Part shown: positions 8,110 to 18,270 of the stretch, piece by piece | How positions within the stretch are numbered: position 1 is the first letter of the stretch | Layout of the letters: every line of letters begins with the position of its first letter | Assembly: GCA_050246755.1 (NCBI GenBank) | Contig: JBFWVL010000001.1 | Location: 416,001 to 480,000 of the forward strand | Reading direction: 5' to 3' | From: Bacteriovoracia bacterium | GTDB taxonomy: Bacteria; Bdellovibrionota; UBA1018; CAIPTA01 | DNA length: 64,000 nucleotides | The notes under the pieces: generated by a model | Seen by the model: only the letters and a program-made list of their open reading frames with translations | Told to the model about the DNA's origin: nothing | Database searches by the model: none | Made by a program: the position numbers and the translations under genes

Positions 8110-9027
8110 TTAAAGGAAGAAAAGCCCCCGGAGGGCGGAAGGAGAACGAATTTCATCGAGGTGAATATTATTCGAAATCCCCTGCATCAGGCTATCGGCC
8201 GCGCCCTGCCCCAGCATTTCCAAGATGGATTTTCGTTTCGGCTCTGGGTACACCAGATTTACCTTCGTCTTCGCATCGATATGGGCGAGCTCCTTTACTA
8301 GATCCACGGCCACATCGATGCCGCCGAGCTTATCCACGAGCCCGTTCTGCATGGCTTGTTCGCCCGAAAGCACGCGGCCATCGGCGATGGGGCGGATCTT
8401 ATCTGCCGGCATGTGACGGCCATCGGCTACGGCCTTCAAAAACTGCTCGTACACATTGCTGATCAATGCCTGCATCAGCTCTTTTTCCTCAGCCGTCATG
8501 GGACGGGATTCCGATCCTACGTCCTTGAACTTTCCGCTTTTTAGGTTGAAGCGATCTACTTTGGCCCACTTGTAGAGCTCGGCGAGGTTCGCGAAATCCA
8601 TGATCACCCCGATCGAACCAGTAAGGGTTCCAGGATTCGAAACAATTTTTTCGCAAGCTACCGCCACGTAGTATCCTCCGGATGCCGCTACGGACTCAAA
8701 ACTCGCTACTACCGGCTTGGTCTTGCGTACCCGCAGAACGGCATCGTGGATTTCCTGGCTTGGTCCCACCGCCCCACCCGGGCTGTTGATCCGCATAATG
8801 ATCGCCTTCACGCTGGCGTCTTCTTCGAGCTCCTTGAGGTCCTTAAGCGCCTTCTGGCTTTCCATGATCACCCCATTGAGCTTCACCACCCCGATATCCG
8901 TCCCGCCCCGCGCGAGCAGCGAACGGTCCTTCACGAGGTTACCCATCGTAAAAAATACGAAGAGGAGGAAAATGCCGAAAAACACGGCGGACACGGCCAA
9001 CAATAGGAGGAGTGGATTCTTTTTCAT
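8110..9027 (-). CDS. sppA: Signal peptide peptidase SppA (S49, 36K type)
   Basis: RINSPGG, AASGGYYVA, TGSIGVI, KSGKFKD, ADGRVLSGEQA. Confidence 0.95.
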   Translation of the reverse strand: MKKNPLLLLLAVSAVFFGIFLLFVFFTMGNLVKDRSLLARGGTDIGVVKLNGVIMESQKALKDLKELEEDASVKAIIMRINSPGGAVGPSQEIHDAVLRVRKTKPVVASFESVAASGGYYVAVACEKIVSNPGTLTGSIGVIMDFANLAELYKWAKVDRFNLKSGKFKDVGSESRPMTAEEKELMQALISNVYEQFLKAVADGRHMPADKIRPIADGRVLSGEQAMQNGLVDKLGGIDVAVDLVKELAHIDAKTKVNLVYPEPKRKSILEMLGQGAADSLMQGISNNIHLDEIRSPSALRGLFFL

Positions 9028-9072
9028 GGGCTAAGTGTAACGTATGGCGGATAAAAGGAAAGCCGCGCAAGC

Positions 9073-9405
9073 CTAAAGCTTTTTGTCGACGCAGCTATAC
9101 TTCGGGCAGCAGGCTCCAGGACTGGCTTTATTTACCGATTCCTGACCTTGCCGGCAGGAGGGCACGATCATGTCGCATACGGCGCCCCCGCAATTTTTCG
9201 GTGCGCGCGGTTTGTCGGCCCGGCATAGGAAATGCGGACAGCAGGAGTTCTCATCCTTCACTTCCACCGCGCTCTCATTTTTTCCGCACGGCGGCTTCAC
9301 CATGGAGCAAGATTTGGGATCGCAGGTAGGCTTTAGGCTAGTTTCGGCCCATGCGCCCGATCCGCAAAGCAAAACCAGGCCGAGAAACAATGGTAGATAC
9401 GTCAT
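9073..9405 (-). CDS. Small secreted Cys-rich protein with two VWC-like (CCPxxxC) repeats
   Basis: Signal peptide ending AWA; two repeats C-x4-C-x6-C-x14-CCP-x3-C; SD GGAGG. Confidence 0.75.
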   Translation of the reverse strand: MTYLPLFLGLVLLCGSGAWAETSLKPTCDPKSCSMVKPPCGKNESAVEVKDENSCCPHFLCRADKPRAPKNCGGAVCDMIVPSCRQGQESVNKASPGACCPKYSCVDKKL

Positions 9406-9469
9406 AGCCCCTCCCCTTTTAGCCTGCTCCGAAGAAAAGCATTTGGCCAGGTACAGAAAGCCACAGCGC

Positions 9470-10987
9470 CTAGCGGCCGATTTGCGAGAAATGGGCAGTG
9501 CAGCTTCCAGAGGAACCGGGAGGATGACCCACGGCCATTCTAACCGCTACTGCGGATTCCCTCCGGCCTTCCTTCTCGAGCCTGGACTCGAGCTTTTCGT
9601 AAGGGTAGGGAATCCCCTTTAGCGCGGAGGCATTCTCGCTGAGTGCGAGCTTAACCACCATTTCATCATTCAAAAGATTTTTCGTCTGCTCGGCCACTTT
9701 GTGGGCCGCGACTTCCCCATTTTCCGTAAAAACCAGGCTCAGCTGCCGGGAAAGTTCTTCCTCCAGGGGTTCGTGGTGGGTGCGCATCTCGATGCGATTC
9801 GTGCTGTGCAGCCGCATCAGGCCCTTACGGCGAAAATCCGAAAAGAAGCGAAAGGAGGCGTTTGGATTGAAATCGCTCGTTACGCCAAGCTTCATCCGGC
9901 GCACGAGCATATTCACATTCAAGGCGTCCGCGAAACCTTCCAGATTTTTATCTAGGCTATAGTGATAGTGAAAGCTTCCCCACTGCCTACCCTTTTTCAC
10001 GAAATCTCCTCCCGCATCGCGGGCGAAAGACGCCATGCGTGCGCTTTCGGGATCGAAAATCTCCCGCTCTACTCCCGCTCGCTTGGCGAGGTAGCGCACG
10101 TCATCCAGAAATTCCTGCGGGGAAGACACCGGCTTTTTGTGCCGGAACTCCAGGGCGTCGCCGTCGGGCTCCCACTCCAGCCGCGAGAATAAAGCCCTGT
10201 CCTTTTCGGAAACGCCTTTCTTCAAGGGCAGCGGAACGTCCCTCGTTTTCAGCACGTGATACGAGAGATCGCTGGCCACGCGAAAGATCACGGCCTTCTC
10301 TTTCGGCGCCAGCAGCTCCAGGCGCACGGCGCTCGCCCGGCGCGCTTCGGGTAGCTTTTCCCAGCGGGCGTAGAGAACGTCCCAATCGAAGCGGCTTGGC
10401 ACCTCGAGCGCGCCCTTCTTCTGCATCAGTTCATTTTTCGGCGGAGCGGGAGCGGCCTCCGTCTTAAAGACGTCGGAAGGCAATAATAATTTCGGCTTCT
10501 CCAAAGCGGGCTCCGCTGATTTCGGCTTGAATAGCGGCTCAGCCCCCCTCCCCAAGGCATTGCCATCAGCGCCCAAAAGCTGCGTTTTTTCGGTGATCAC
10601 CCGGCGCTGAAGCGAAAGCCCTTCGGTGAGCTCGGCGCGCAGATCGGCCGGCAGAGAATCCAGCGCCTTAGGATTATCGCGGAGGTAGTTCTTGGTAAGG
10701 CCGCCCTCTCCCGGATAAAGGGCTTCGAAGAAAGTTTCAGTATGCTGGAGGAATTTGGCCGTGGCATCGGGAGTGATGGCCTGGATATGGTTCTGCAGAA
10801 TATCGAAATCGAAAAGCGGCATGAAGTTGGCCACTTTCTCCGGCATCAGCTCCATTTCCATGCCCATGAGAAAGCCTGGCGGGGTTTGAGGAAGAGAAAG
10901 ATCTTTCGCGCCCGCGGCGAACGAAATCAGCGCCGCTATCAGCACGCAAAAAAACCGAAATGTGGAACCGCGAACGATCATATCCAC
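9470..10987 (-). CDS. Exported hypothetical protein with COOH-NH2 ligase (amidoligase/GCS-like) motifs
   Basis: Signal peptide; GMEMEL, DGDALEFRH, FHYHYS, GLMR, RIEMR. Confidence 0.6.
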   Translation of the reverse strand: MDMIVRGSTFRFFCVLIAALISFAAGAKDLSLPQTPPGFLMGMEMELMPEKVANFMPLFDFDILQNHIQAITPDATAKFLQHTETFFEALYPGEGGLTKNYLRDNPKALDSLPADLRAELTEGLSLQRRVITEKTQLLGADGNALGRGAEPLFKPKSAEPALEKPKLLLPSDVFKTEAAPAPPKNELMQKKGALEVPSRFDWDVLYARWEKLPEARRASAVRLELLAPKEKAVIFRVASDLSYHVLKTRDVPLPLKKGVSEKDRALFSRLEWEPDGDALEFRHKKPVSSPQEFLDDVRYLAKRAGVEREIFDPESARMASFARDAGGDFVKKGRQWGSFHYHYSLDKNLEGFADALNVNMLVRRMKLGVTSDFNPNASFRFFSDFRRKGLMRLHSTNRIEMRTHHEPLEEELSRQLSLVFTENGEVAAHKVAEQTKNLLNDEMVVKLALSENASALKGIPYPYEKLESRLEKEGRRESAVAVRMAVGHPPGSSGSCTAHFSQIGR

Positions 10988-11053
10988 TGGATTTATCGGT
11001 TGTTTCGCTCTTAAGCTGAAGCGCCTACACGGAATCGGGGGCCACCGGCCCCG

Positions 11054-12112
11054 TTAAGGGGCGGCGGTAGAGGAAGGATCTTCTTTTTCCGTTTTGTCTT
11101 CGCTGGGGTTCCACGTCGCCTCTTTGGCCAAGCGTTCGCTATTATGGGCGGTAAGTTCCTTCATTCGTTTTCTTTTCTTAGGATCCGCGCAGTACGCGGT
11201 AAACGACGATGCCATTACCGCTTCTTTTCCGGCAAGCTTAGGATCTCCCAAAATTTTAAAGTCTTCGCTTAGCAAAGATTCGCGGCGATCTTTCGTACGG
11301 CCTTTTTTATCGAGATCCGTGACGACTAATTTGTGACCCTTTTCCGCCGGCTCCACCGTGAAAACCTGGCTTACTCCGTCCACCGAACGGCCGGTTACTT
11401 CAAGCTTACCGCCGTTTTCATCCGCGCACTTAAGGCCGGTGGGAATGAACCCCTTTTCGGGCCCCGTAAACCAGAACATAAAGCCGACGAAGGCATACAC
11501 AGGTAGCAGAGGTGGGATAGCCACCGCTCCCGCAATACAGCCCGCCTGAACGGCCGCGCGCTTCAGCGTGGAGTCTCCCTTCTCGTAGGGCAACGCCTGA
11601 TTGCAACCGTAGTAGATCACTCCGCTCGCGGCCACCCAGAGAGCGACGCCGATGACCACCGGAATAACGGCTTGGGCCGATGGGATAAATGAAAACGATT
11701 CTCGCGCGGTGGTGAGGCGGTTCAATTCCTTTACGTTATCCGCCAGCCCGAGCGAAGGAACGAAACGCCACTCTTTTCCATTCACCTTAAATAGGAAAGG
11801 ATCCGTGGCCGAAGCGGGCTGCAGGGTAACCCGGCCCTGCTCCGTATTAAAAACCAGCGCGCCATTAATTAATTGCGCCTTCGGCAGCGGCTGCCGGGCG
11901 TAGTCTTTTCCCAGCTCCTTTTCCAAAAACTGAAAATCCGCCTTGGTGAGAAAATAAATCTTACTCAGCACTTCACCCAAGGTCTTATTGGTATTATATG
12001 CGCTGGCAACCTCATAGAGACCGGAAGATTCGGGCTTGGCCGCCGCCGCGATCGCGCCCGAGGCGGAAGATAGGAAGAGACTGAACGTTAAGAGCCAAGA
12101 TAAAAACTTCAT
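11054..12112 (-). CDS. Hypothetical exported/membrane protein
   Basis: Start re-set to MKFLSWLL after a G-rich SD; signal peptide, internal FSFIPSAQA followed by two hydrophobic segments. Confidence 0.7.
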   Translation of the reverse strand: MKFLSWLLTFSLFLSSASGAIAAAAKPESSGLYEVASAYNTNKTLGEVLSKIYFLTKADFQFLEKELGKDYARQPLPKAQLINGALVFNTEQGRVTLQPASATDPFLFKVNGKEWRFVPSLGLADNVKELNRLTTARESFSFIPSAQAVIPVVIGVALWVAASGVIYYGCNQALPYEKGDSTLKRAAVQAGCIAGAVAIPPLLPVYAFVGFMFWFTGPEKGFIPTGLKCADENGGKLEVTGRSVDGVSQVFTVEPAEKGHKLVVTDLDKKGRTKDRRESLLSEDFKILGDPKLAGKEAVMASSFTAYCADPKKRKRMKELTAHNSERLAKEATWNPSEDKTEKEDPSSTAAP

Positions 12113-12190
12113 TCGTGAATACCCCCCTAAAATTCTACTTTGCTTCCGTATTTTCACAATAGGGATTATTTACCCCATGACGCCCCCCAC

Positions 12191-12225
12191 AAATAAAAAG
12201 GGGCAGCCATTTTTGGCCACCCCTT
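12191..12225 (-). terminator. Intrinsic terminator of rpsA
   Basis: Minus strand AAGGGGTGGCCA-AAAA-TGGCTGCCCCTT followed by TTTATTT. Confidence 0.75.
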
Positions 12226-12249
12226 CTGCACTAGAAATCCAAAGAGAAT

Positions 12250-14076
12250 TTACTCTTTGTCTTCCTTGTTGCCTTTGAGCTTAGAACCCAAGAGATCGCC
12301 AAGGGTATTGCCACCCTTTTTGTTCCCCGAGTATTGCTCGATATTGGCGCGCTCTTCCGACTTGGCGAGAGCCTTGATCGAAAGACCGATTTTGCGCTCG
12401 CGCGCATCGATCGAGAGGATCTCGGCTTTTACCGAGTCGCCGATGTTCAATACATCGGTAACTTTACCCACTTGGTCGTTGGAGATTTCGGAGATATGGA
12501 TCAAGCCCTCGAGGCCTTCTTCCAATTCTACGAATGCACCGAAGTCCGCGGTCTTGGTAACTTTACCTTCGATCGCCTGGCCGATTTTGTAACGAGCCTT
12601 GATGTTTTCCCAAGGATCGCGCTCGAGTTGCTTGATACCGAGAGAGAATTTTTCCGTCTCTTTATCGATCGAGAGAACGATCGCTCTCACCTTGTCGCCT
12701 TTGTTGAAGGCTTCCGAAGGATGAGCCACTTTCTTGGTCCAGCTCAAGTCAGAAACGTGGATCAAACCGTCGATGCCTTCGCCGATGTCAACGAATACGC
12801 CGAAGTCGGTAACGTTCTTGATCTCGCCCTCAACGGTGGAACCGATGGGGAATTTCTGTTCGAGGAGATCCCACGGATTGCTCTCGAGCTGCTTGAGGCC
12901 GAGACTGATGCGGCGGTTCTTGGTGTCAATGTCGAGGACTTGGCATTCCACTTCAGTGCCTGGCTCGAGAACTTTCGAGGGGTGCTTCACCTTGTTGGTC
13001 CAGCTCATCTCACTTACGTGAATGAGGCCTTCTACGCCGTCTTCGAGCTCAACGAAAGCTCCGTAGTCCTTAATGGAAACTACTTTGCCTTTTACCTTGT
13101 CGCCCACGTGGTATTTCTCGGGAACTTTGTCCCAAGGATTGTCTTGCACTTGTTTCAAGCCGAGAGAAACACGCTCTTTCTCTTTGTCGTACTTGAGAAC
13201 TTTCACGGTCACTTCGTCGCCCACTTGGAACAATTCGCTTGGGTGCTTGATGCGTCCCCAGCTCATGTCCGTGATGTGGAGGAGTCCGTCCATACCGCCG
13301 AGATCGATGAAGGCTCCGTAGTCGGTGATGTTCTTCACCACGCCCTGAACTACCATTCCTTCTTGCAATTGCTCGAGGGTCTCTACGCGCATTTTCTCGC
13401 GCTCTTTGAGGAGCAGAGCTTTACGGGAGAGCACGATGTTTCCGCGGCGCTTGTTGAACTTGATCACTTTGAAGTTCAATTTCTTGCCGAGGTATTTATC
13501 GAGGTTGCGCACGGGACGGATATCGATTTGCGAGCCGGGCAAGAATGCCTTCACGCCGATGTCCACTTCGAGGCCGCCTTTAACTTTTTTGGTCACTACG
13601 CCGCTGATAACTTCATCGCGTTCGCAGGCTTCGGCGATCGAATCCCAGGCTTTGATGATCTCGGCTTTGTTGCGCGAGAGGATCATTACGCCGTGTTCGT
13701 TCTCCATTTTTTCGAGGTAAACTACCACGTGGTCGCCAGCTTTTACGTTCAGCTTGCCGTCCATATCGCGAAATTCGTCGAGGGGAACAAGCCCTTCCAT
13801 TTTGTAACCGATATCCACGGTCACGTAGTCGCCAGCGAGAGCGATCACCGCTCCGTTCACTACTTCGCCTTCTTTAACGTTGGTAGTGGTCTGGGATTTT
13901 TCAAAGATTTCGCCGAAGGTAAAATCTTCGCCGTGTTTGTCTTGTACGTTCTCTTTGCTATCGAGACTCTTAAGTTCAGTTTCGTCTACGGTAATATCCG
14001 CGAACTCGCTGAGCCATTTGTCGTTTTTCGCAGGATTTCCCGCCTGCTTTTTCGGGCTATTGGTTTGGGTATTCAT
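12250..14076 (-). CDS. rpsA: 30S ribosomal protein S1
   Basis: Six S1 repeats (VKNITDYGAFIDLGGMDGLLHITDMSW etc.); N-terminal extension of about 50 aa. Confidence 0.98.
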   Translation of the reverse strand: MNTQTNSPKKQAGNPAKNDKWLSEFADITVDETELKSLDSKENVQDKHGEDFTFGEIFEKSQTTTNVKEGEVVNGAVIALAGDYVTVDIGYKMEGLVPLDEFRDMDGKLNVKAGDHVVVYLEKMENEHGVMILSRNKAEIIKAWDSIAEACERDEVISGVVTKKVKGGLEVDIGVKAFLPGSQIDIRPVRNLDKYLGKKLNFKVIKFNKRRGNIVLSRKALLLKEREKMRVETLEQLQEGMVVQGVVKNITDYGAFIDLGGMDGLLHITDMSWGRIKHPSELFQVGDEVTVKVLKYDKEKERVSLGLKQVQDNPWDKVPEKYHVGDKVKGKVVSIKDYGAFVELEDGVEGLIHVSEMSWTNKVKHPSKVLEPGTEVECQVLDIDTKNRRISLGLKQLESNPWDLLEQKFPIGSTVEGEIKNVTDFGVFVDIGEGIDGLIHVSDLSWTKKVAHPSEAFNKGDKVRAIVLSIDKETEKFSLGIKQLERDPWENIKARYKIGQAIEGKVTKTADFGAFVELEEGLEGLIHISEISNDQVGKVTDVLNIGDSVKAEILSIDARERKIGLSIKALAKSEERANIEQYSGNKKGGNTLGDLLGSKLKGNKEDKE

Positions 14077-14428
14077 TCTGTTTGATTGCTTTCTTCTGCC
14101 GAAATGCCGGGCACATCTGAAACCCTACATTATATAGGAGAGGCCAGGATCAGAACGGTCCATAGTTTTAACCATGGAAGCGTAGGGAAATCAAAGGATT
14201 AGGCCCAAATGGGTAAGGATAAAAGAACCCAAATGCGATAAAGCCGGTTTCCAAGCCGAAAAATCCCTGAAATACCGCATTTACCCCCTGGCCATCCTCC
14301 ATTCGCGCACGCAAGATTAATTCATTTAAAGAATAATAAACGAATAATTATGTGTTTGATGTTTTTTGGTCTCTGCCGTAATTTGCGCTCCGACTTACGA
14401 AACAACCCTTAACCAATCAGGAAAATAA

Positions 14429-14983
14429 ATGAAAAATTTCAAAACTGCCCTTATCGCCCTCACCCTTGCCCTATCCACTTTCACCAACTTTGCCCAAGCC
14501 GCCAAGAACGCCAATTCTCGCGAGATCGAGCGCAAAGTGAATGTGCTCGCCAAAATCGCCTACGGAGCCCAGGCCCATAATCTCCGCGCCGCAAACGCCG
14601 AAGAAATGATCATTCAATTGGCCATGAAGGAGAACAGCGAGACCCGCGCCGACGTGATGGAAAGGTTCACGCGCAACATCGCCGTGAAAGAAGTGAGCAT
14701 CGGCGAAATGCCGGGCTGGGGCACCATGAAAATTCCGGCCGCGATCAAATTATATGCCTCGATGGACCTACACCGCGACGAAGCTGGCGAAGACCAAGAC
14801 AATTCCAAAGCGCTGGCCGTGGGCGAAAGCATTATCCGCGAGCTGGGCAAGATGGGTGCGACCTTCGGCTTCACCCAAAGCACCTCTTCTTATTGCGGCG
14901 TAAGCTTTGGCGGACTGCTGGTGGTGGACGAAGAAGCGGATACCGTCTACGAAATCGCGCTCACGGATTCTGGTAGCTGCTAG
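14429..14983 (+). CDS. Hypothetical secreted protein
   Basis: Signal peptide ending AQA; C-terminal Cys pair; AGGA upstream. Confidence 0.75.
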   Translation: MKNFKTALIALTLALSTFTNFAQAAKNANSREIERKVNVLAKIAYGAQAHNLRAANAEEMIIQLAMKENSETRADVMERFTRNIAVKEVSIGEMPGWGTMKIPAAIKLYASMDLHRDEAGEDQDNSKALAVGESIIRELGKMGATFGFTQSTSSYCGVSFGGLLVVDEEADTVYEIALTDSGSC

Positions 14984-15003
14984 TTTTTTTTGAAACAAAG
15001 CGC

Positions 15004-16233
15004 CTACTTCAAATAAGGCGGAACATGCCCTAGGTGATGAGGATCCCCATAGATGCGCCGCCGGTAGCAGCGGGCGTACACTTCTAAAGTACGGTGTAAG
15101 CGCGTGGTTTTCGCATGGTTCTGGAGTACGTAGTCGCGGCCATTTTTCTTCATCTGCTCACGGGCTGAGGGGTTATTCCGTAGCGCGATGATTTTCCGGG
15201 CGAGATCGTAGGCATCCTGGGCCCTCACCAGTTCCGCTCCCGAATGCTGAGCCATCTCCTCGGCGCTGCCGCCGCGGCCGAGCACGCAGGGCAACCCCAT
15301 CGCCATCGCCTCGATTGCCACGAGCCCGAAGGCCTCCGACCAGGAGGGCATCACGAATAAATCGAGGGCCGCCATCACCTGCGGAACTTCCTTCTTCGCG
15401 GGTTGCAACAGGATCGAATCCTCGAGATGGAGCTGGCGGATACTTTCGGCCAATTCCTGGAGGTAACGCCCTTCGAGGCCGGGGGTTTCGTTCCCAACCA
15501 TCACTCCGTAGACATCGGGATAGGTTTTTCTCACCTGGGCGAGCGCCTTGATCATCAGATCCTGACCCTTCATGGGATCGATCCGGCCCACGAGGCCCAC
15601 GAGAAAGGCGTCTTCCGGAATCCCCCAGGCCTGTCGCATCTCGGTGCGGTCTACCGTATTGGGATTGAAACGATCGAGGTCGATCGAGAGATTTACGATA
15701 CGCAATTTTTTTTCCGGCAGAGGAAAAGTGGCGGCCATATTCCGCCGCATGGTTTGCGAAAGCACCAGCATATAATCCACGCGGCGATACAGAAGCGCGT
15801 GGAGCGGATCGCGCTTATTATGGGAGTTTAAAATATGCCGGCTAACCACGAGAGCCACGTGGCGGCGATTGAGGAGTGCGGGAACCACTGAGCCGAGAAT
15901 GGTGGTTTGGTGGCAATGCACGAGGTTTACCGCGTCGTGGTCGATGAGGTGACGGAGTTGGCGCCAGAGGCCGCCGTCGAAATAGTTGCGCACATGATCG
16001 TCGGAATAGATCAAGCGGATCTGCGGCGATTCCATCTTCACCGCGTGATCAATCGGGCTATTTTCTTTTACCAGCAAGGTCACGCGCAACCCGTTTTGCA
16101 TGAGCAAGCGGACATCGGCGAGGGCGGTTTGCTCGAGCCCTCCCCAGGCATTCGAGATCATCACCACGAGCACGTGCAGCTCGGCAGACAGCCGGTTGCG
16201 CAAATCCTCAATGGTTTCATCGATCACTGACAT
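15004..16233 (-). CDS. Glycosyltransferase family 4 (LPS core-related)
   Basis: GGLEQ, VGRIDPMKGQ, PSWSEAFGLVAIEAMAMGLP. Confidence 0.92.
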   Translation of the reverse strand: MSVIDETIEDLRNRLSAELHVLVVMISNAWGGLEQTALADVRLLMQNGLRVTLLVKENSPIDHAVKMESPQIRLIYSDDHVRNYFDGGLWRQLRHLIDHDAVNLVHCHQTTILGSVVPALLNRRHVALVVSRHILNSHNKRDPLHALLYRRVDYMLVLSQTMRRNMAATFPLPEKKLRIVNLSIDLDRFNPNTVDRTEMRQAWGIPEDAFLVGLVGRIDPMKGQDLMIKALAQVRKTYPDVYGVMVGNETPGLEGRYLQELAESIRQLHLEDSILLQPAKKEVPQVMAALDLFVMPSWSEAFGLVAIEAMAMGLPCVLGRGGSAEEMAQHSGAELVRAQDAYDLARKIIALRNNPSAREQMKKNGRDYVLQNHAKTTRLHRTLEVYARCYRRRIYGDPHHLGHVPPYLK

Positions 16234-17309
16234 AAGATTTTTTCCGTAGCCGCGAGCACCGCTTCGGGCCTTAGCTCCAGCATGCAGCGGAAGTGTCCTT
16301 CAGGGCAAGTGCGATGGCCATGCAGGCCGCATGGGCGGCAACTTAGGCCAAAAACTTCGGCCACTGCGGCCTTACCTTTGGGAGCCAAGGGAAAAAAGCC
16401 CAGTTCCTTGGTGGTAGGGCCGAATACGCCCACTACCTTACGTCCCATGGCGATCGCGATATGGAGCGGGGAACTGTCGTTGGCAACCACGATTTCGGGC
16501 CTGGCCAAAATGGCCTTGAGGGAGCCGAGGCTAGTTTTTCCGCTGATGTCTAACGGGAGCGGCGCGCTCTGGCCGCTAATTTTTTGAAACTCTTCTACTA
16601 AGCGCCTACCCAATTCGATATCTTCGGCATCTTTTCCGCCTACGATCACGGATCTTAGGCCGCGGGTGCGCCAAAGATCGAGGGCGAGTTGCGCGAACTT
16701 TTCTATCGGCCATCGCTTAGTGGCCCAAACGGAACTCGGAGCGAGCGCCACGAACTTCTGGCCCATCACTTCTGCCAAAAGAGAATCCGCGGCGGCTTCA
16801 TCCTGGGCAGAAGTGGCTAGCCGCGGAAAAGGCAGAAACGATCTCACGGCTTCGCCCCCCCAGGCGGCGAGCAGCGCTAAGTTCTTTTCCGCTTCGTACC
16901 CATGGCCGACGCGGCTCACGCGAACGTCGAACAGCACGGATCCGCTAGACTCGCGAAAACCGAAAATTTTCCCGCCGCTTACCTTAGCAAGCAAAGCGGA
17001 CCGCAGGGAGCGGTGCAGGCAGAATACGAGCGGAGGCTTCAGCTCCCGAAGCCGGCGGGCTTTCCGCAAGAAGCCGAGCGCGCCCTTCTCGTTCCCGCGC
17101 TTATCATAGGAAATGAGCTCGACGCTCCAAGGATTTGGAGAAAGAAGCTGGACGCCCGCGGGCGTGGTTAGAAGAGAGATTTTCGCTTCCGGCGCCAGCG
17201 TGCGCAGCCCCGCCAAGAAAGAGCTCGTGAGCACGATATCGCCCACGAAGGCGGTCTGAATCACAAGAATGGATTTAGGGGGCGACGGCGGCGTCGGGTT
17301 TTCCGTCAT
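16224..17309 (-). CDS. LPS heptosyltransferase, GT9 family (WaaF-like)
   Basis: ILVIQTAFVGDIVL, APSSVWATKRWP, NDSSPLHIAIA, FGPT, CRPCGLHG..CP. Confidence 0.9.
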   Translation of the reverse strand: MTENPTPPSPPKSILVIQTAFVGDIVLTSSFLAGLRTLAPEAKISLLTTPAGVQLLSPNPWSVELISYDKRGNEKGALGFLRKARRLRELKPPLVFCLHRSLRSALLAKVSGGKIFGFRESSGSVLFDVRVSRVGHGYEAEKNLALLAAWGGEAVRSFLPFPRLATSAQDEAAADSLLAEVMGQKFVALAPSSVWATKRWPIEKFAQLALDLWRTRGLRSVIVGGKDAEDIELGRRLVEEFQKISGQSAPLPLDISGKTSLGSLKAILARPEIVVANDSSPLHIAIAMGRKVVGVFGPTTKELGFFPLAPKGKAAVAEVFGLSCRPCGLHGHRTCPEGHFRCMLELRPEAVLAATEKILCQ

Positions 17310-18270
17310 AGCCGTGCTCTCTCAAGTAGGCGATCACGCTGCCCACTTTAATTTTTGCGTCGATTTTCAGCAGTATGCGGCGGTCGTCGTCGCTGATCCA
17401 AACAAAGCTATCGCCGTACGTGGAGAGCACTCCGTCGAGCACCACTTCCGGCTTCACCACGATCGTGGGAAGTTCGCCGATCTTTGTTTTCAGCATTTCC
17501 TTACGAACGGCCGTGACCCGTACGTTGCGCAATTTCCCGTTATTCACCACCGGGAAACTATAAGACTTCCCGATCTCTAGCGGCAAGGTGCGCAGGTAGT
17601 AGAAAGAAGAAATTCCGTCCTGGGTAAAAGGCTCCGTAGGGATCTCGAACTGATCCTGGATCTTGCCCTTCTTTTTATGGTCGAGCTTGCTCCAATAATA
17701 GGCTTTATGATTTTTTTGGTCGTAGAGCTCGAGTACTTCGCGCTGCTGCATGCTTTCATCCAGCTTGAGCGAAAACTTATGCGAGAAGAGCCCCGTAATG
17801 TCCACGAAGCTCTCGGCCACATCGTGCAAACGATAAAAGAGAGAGAATACCGGGCTCGTGGTGGCGATCGCACGGATATGAAACGTGGGGCGTGCGTCCA
17901 CTACCTTCTCCGGCATCAGCTGCATTTCGAGATTTCCGGCCGTGGCGCCGAAATAGGTGATGTCGAATAGATAGCGCTCGCCCGTTTTAAAAAAAGGCGC
18001 CATGGTCCAGCGGTTGGGCCAAGCTTCCACCTTCTTGGGCTCCGCCTTTACTTCTTTGGTTTTCTTTTTCGATTTGCTCGGCTTAACCGCCGGTGCCGGG
18101 GGCGGGAGAGCTTTGATTTCCGGTAATCCCCCATTTTCTTTCACTTCAAACTTATTGGCGAGATCGGTTGGCACACCGAATTCCTGGGCGGTGGGCATCT
18201 TCACCGTGGAAGAGTGCGAGGAACAAGCCGCGAGTAGGAGCGCCGGTAAGAGGAGGACGAAGGTTCGCAT
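17275..18270 (-). CDS. DUF3108-like lipoprotein
   Basis: Lipobox LAAC; GERYLFDITYFG, D..SSFYYLR, WISDDDRRILLKI. Confidence 0.75.
   Translation of the reverse strand: MRTFVLLLPALLLAACSSHSSTVKMPTAQEFGVPTDLANKFEVKENGGLPEIKALPPPAPAVKPSKSKKKTKEVKAEPKKVEAWPNRWTMAPFFKTGERYLFDITYFGATAGNLEMQLMPEKVVDARPTFHIRAIATTSPVFSLFYRLHDVAESFVDITGLFSHKFSLKLDESMQQREVLELYDQKNHKAYYWSKLDHKKKGKIQDQFEIPTEPFTQDGISSFYYLRTLPLEIGKSYSFPVVNNGKLRNVRVTAVRKEMLKTKIGELPTIVVKPEVVLDGVLSTYGDSFVWISDDDRRILLKIDAKIKVGSVIAYLREHGYDGKPDAAVAP

Noticed and set aside
12334-14085. 583-aa plus-strand ORF antisense to rpsA (likewise 27438-29060, 54586-55998, 56648-57919, 2850-3620)
   Set aside because: Codon-aligned shadows of strongly biased real genes; no recognisable motifs or RBS
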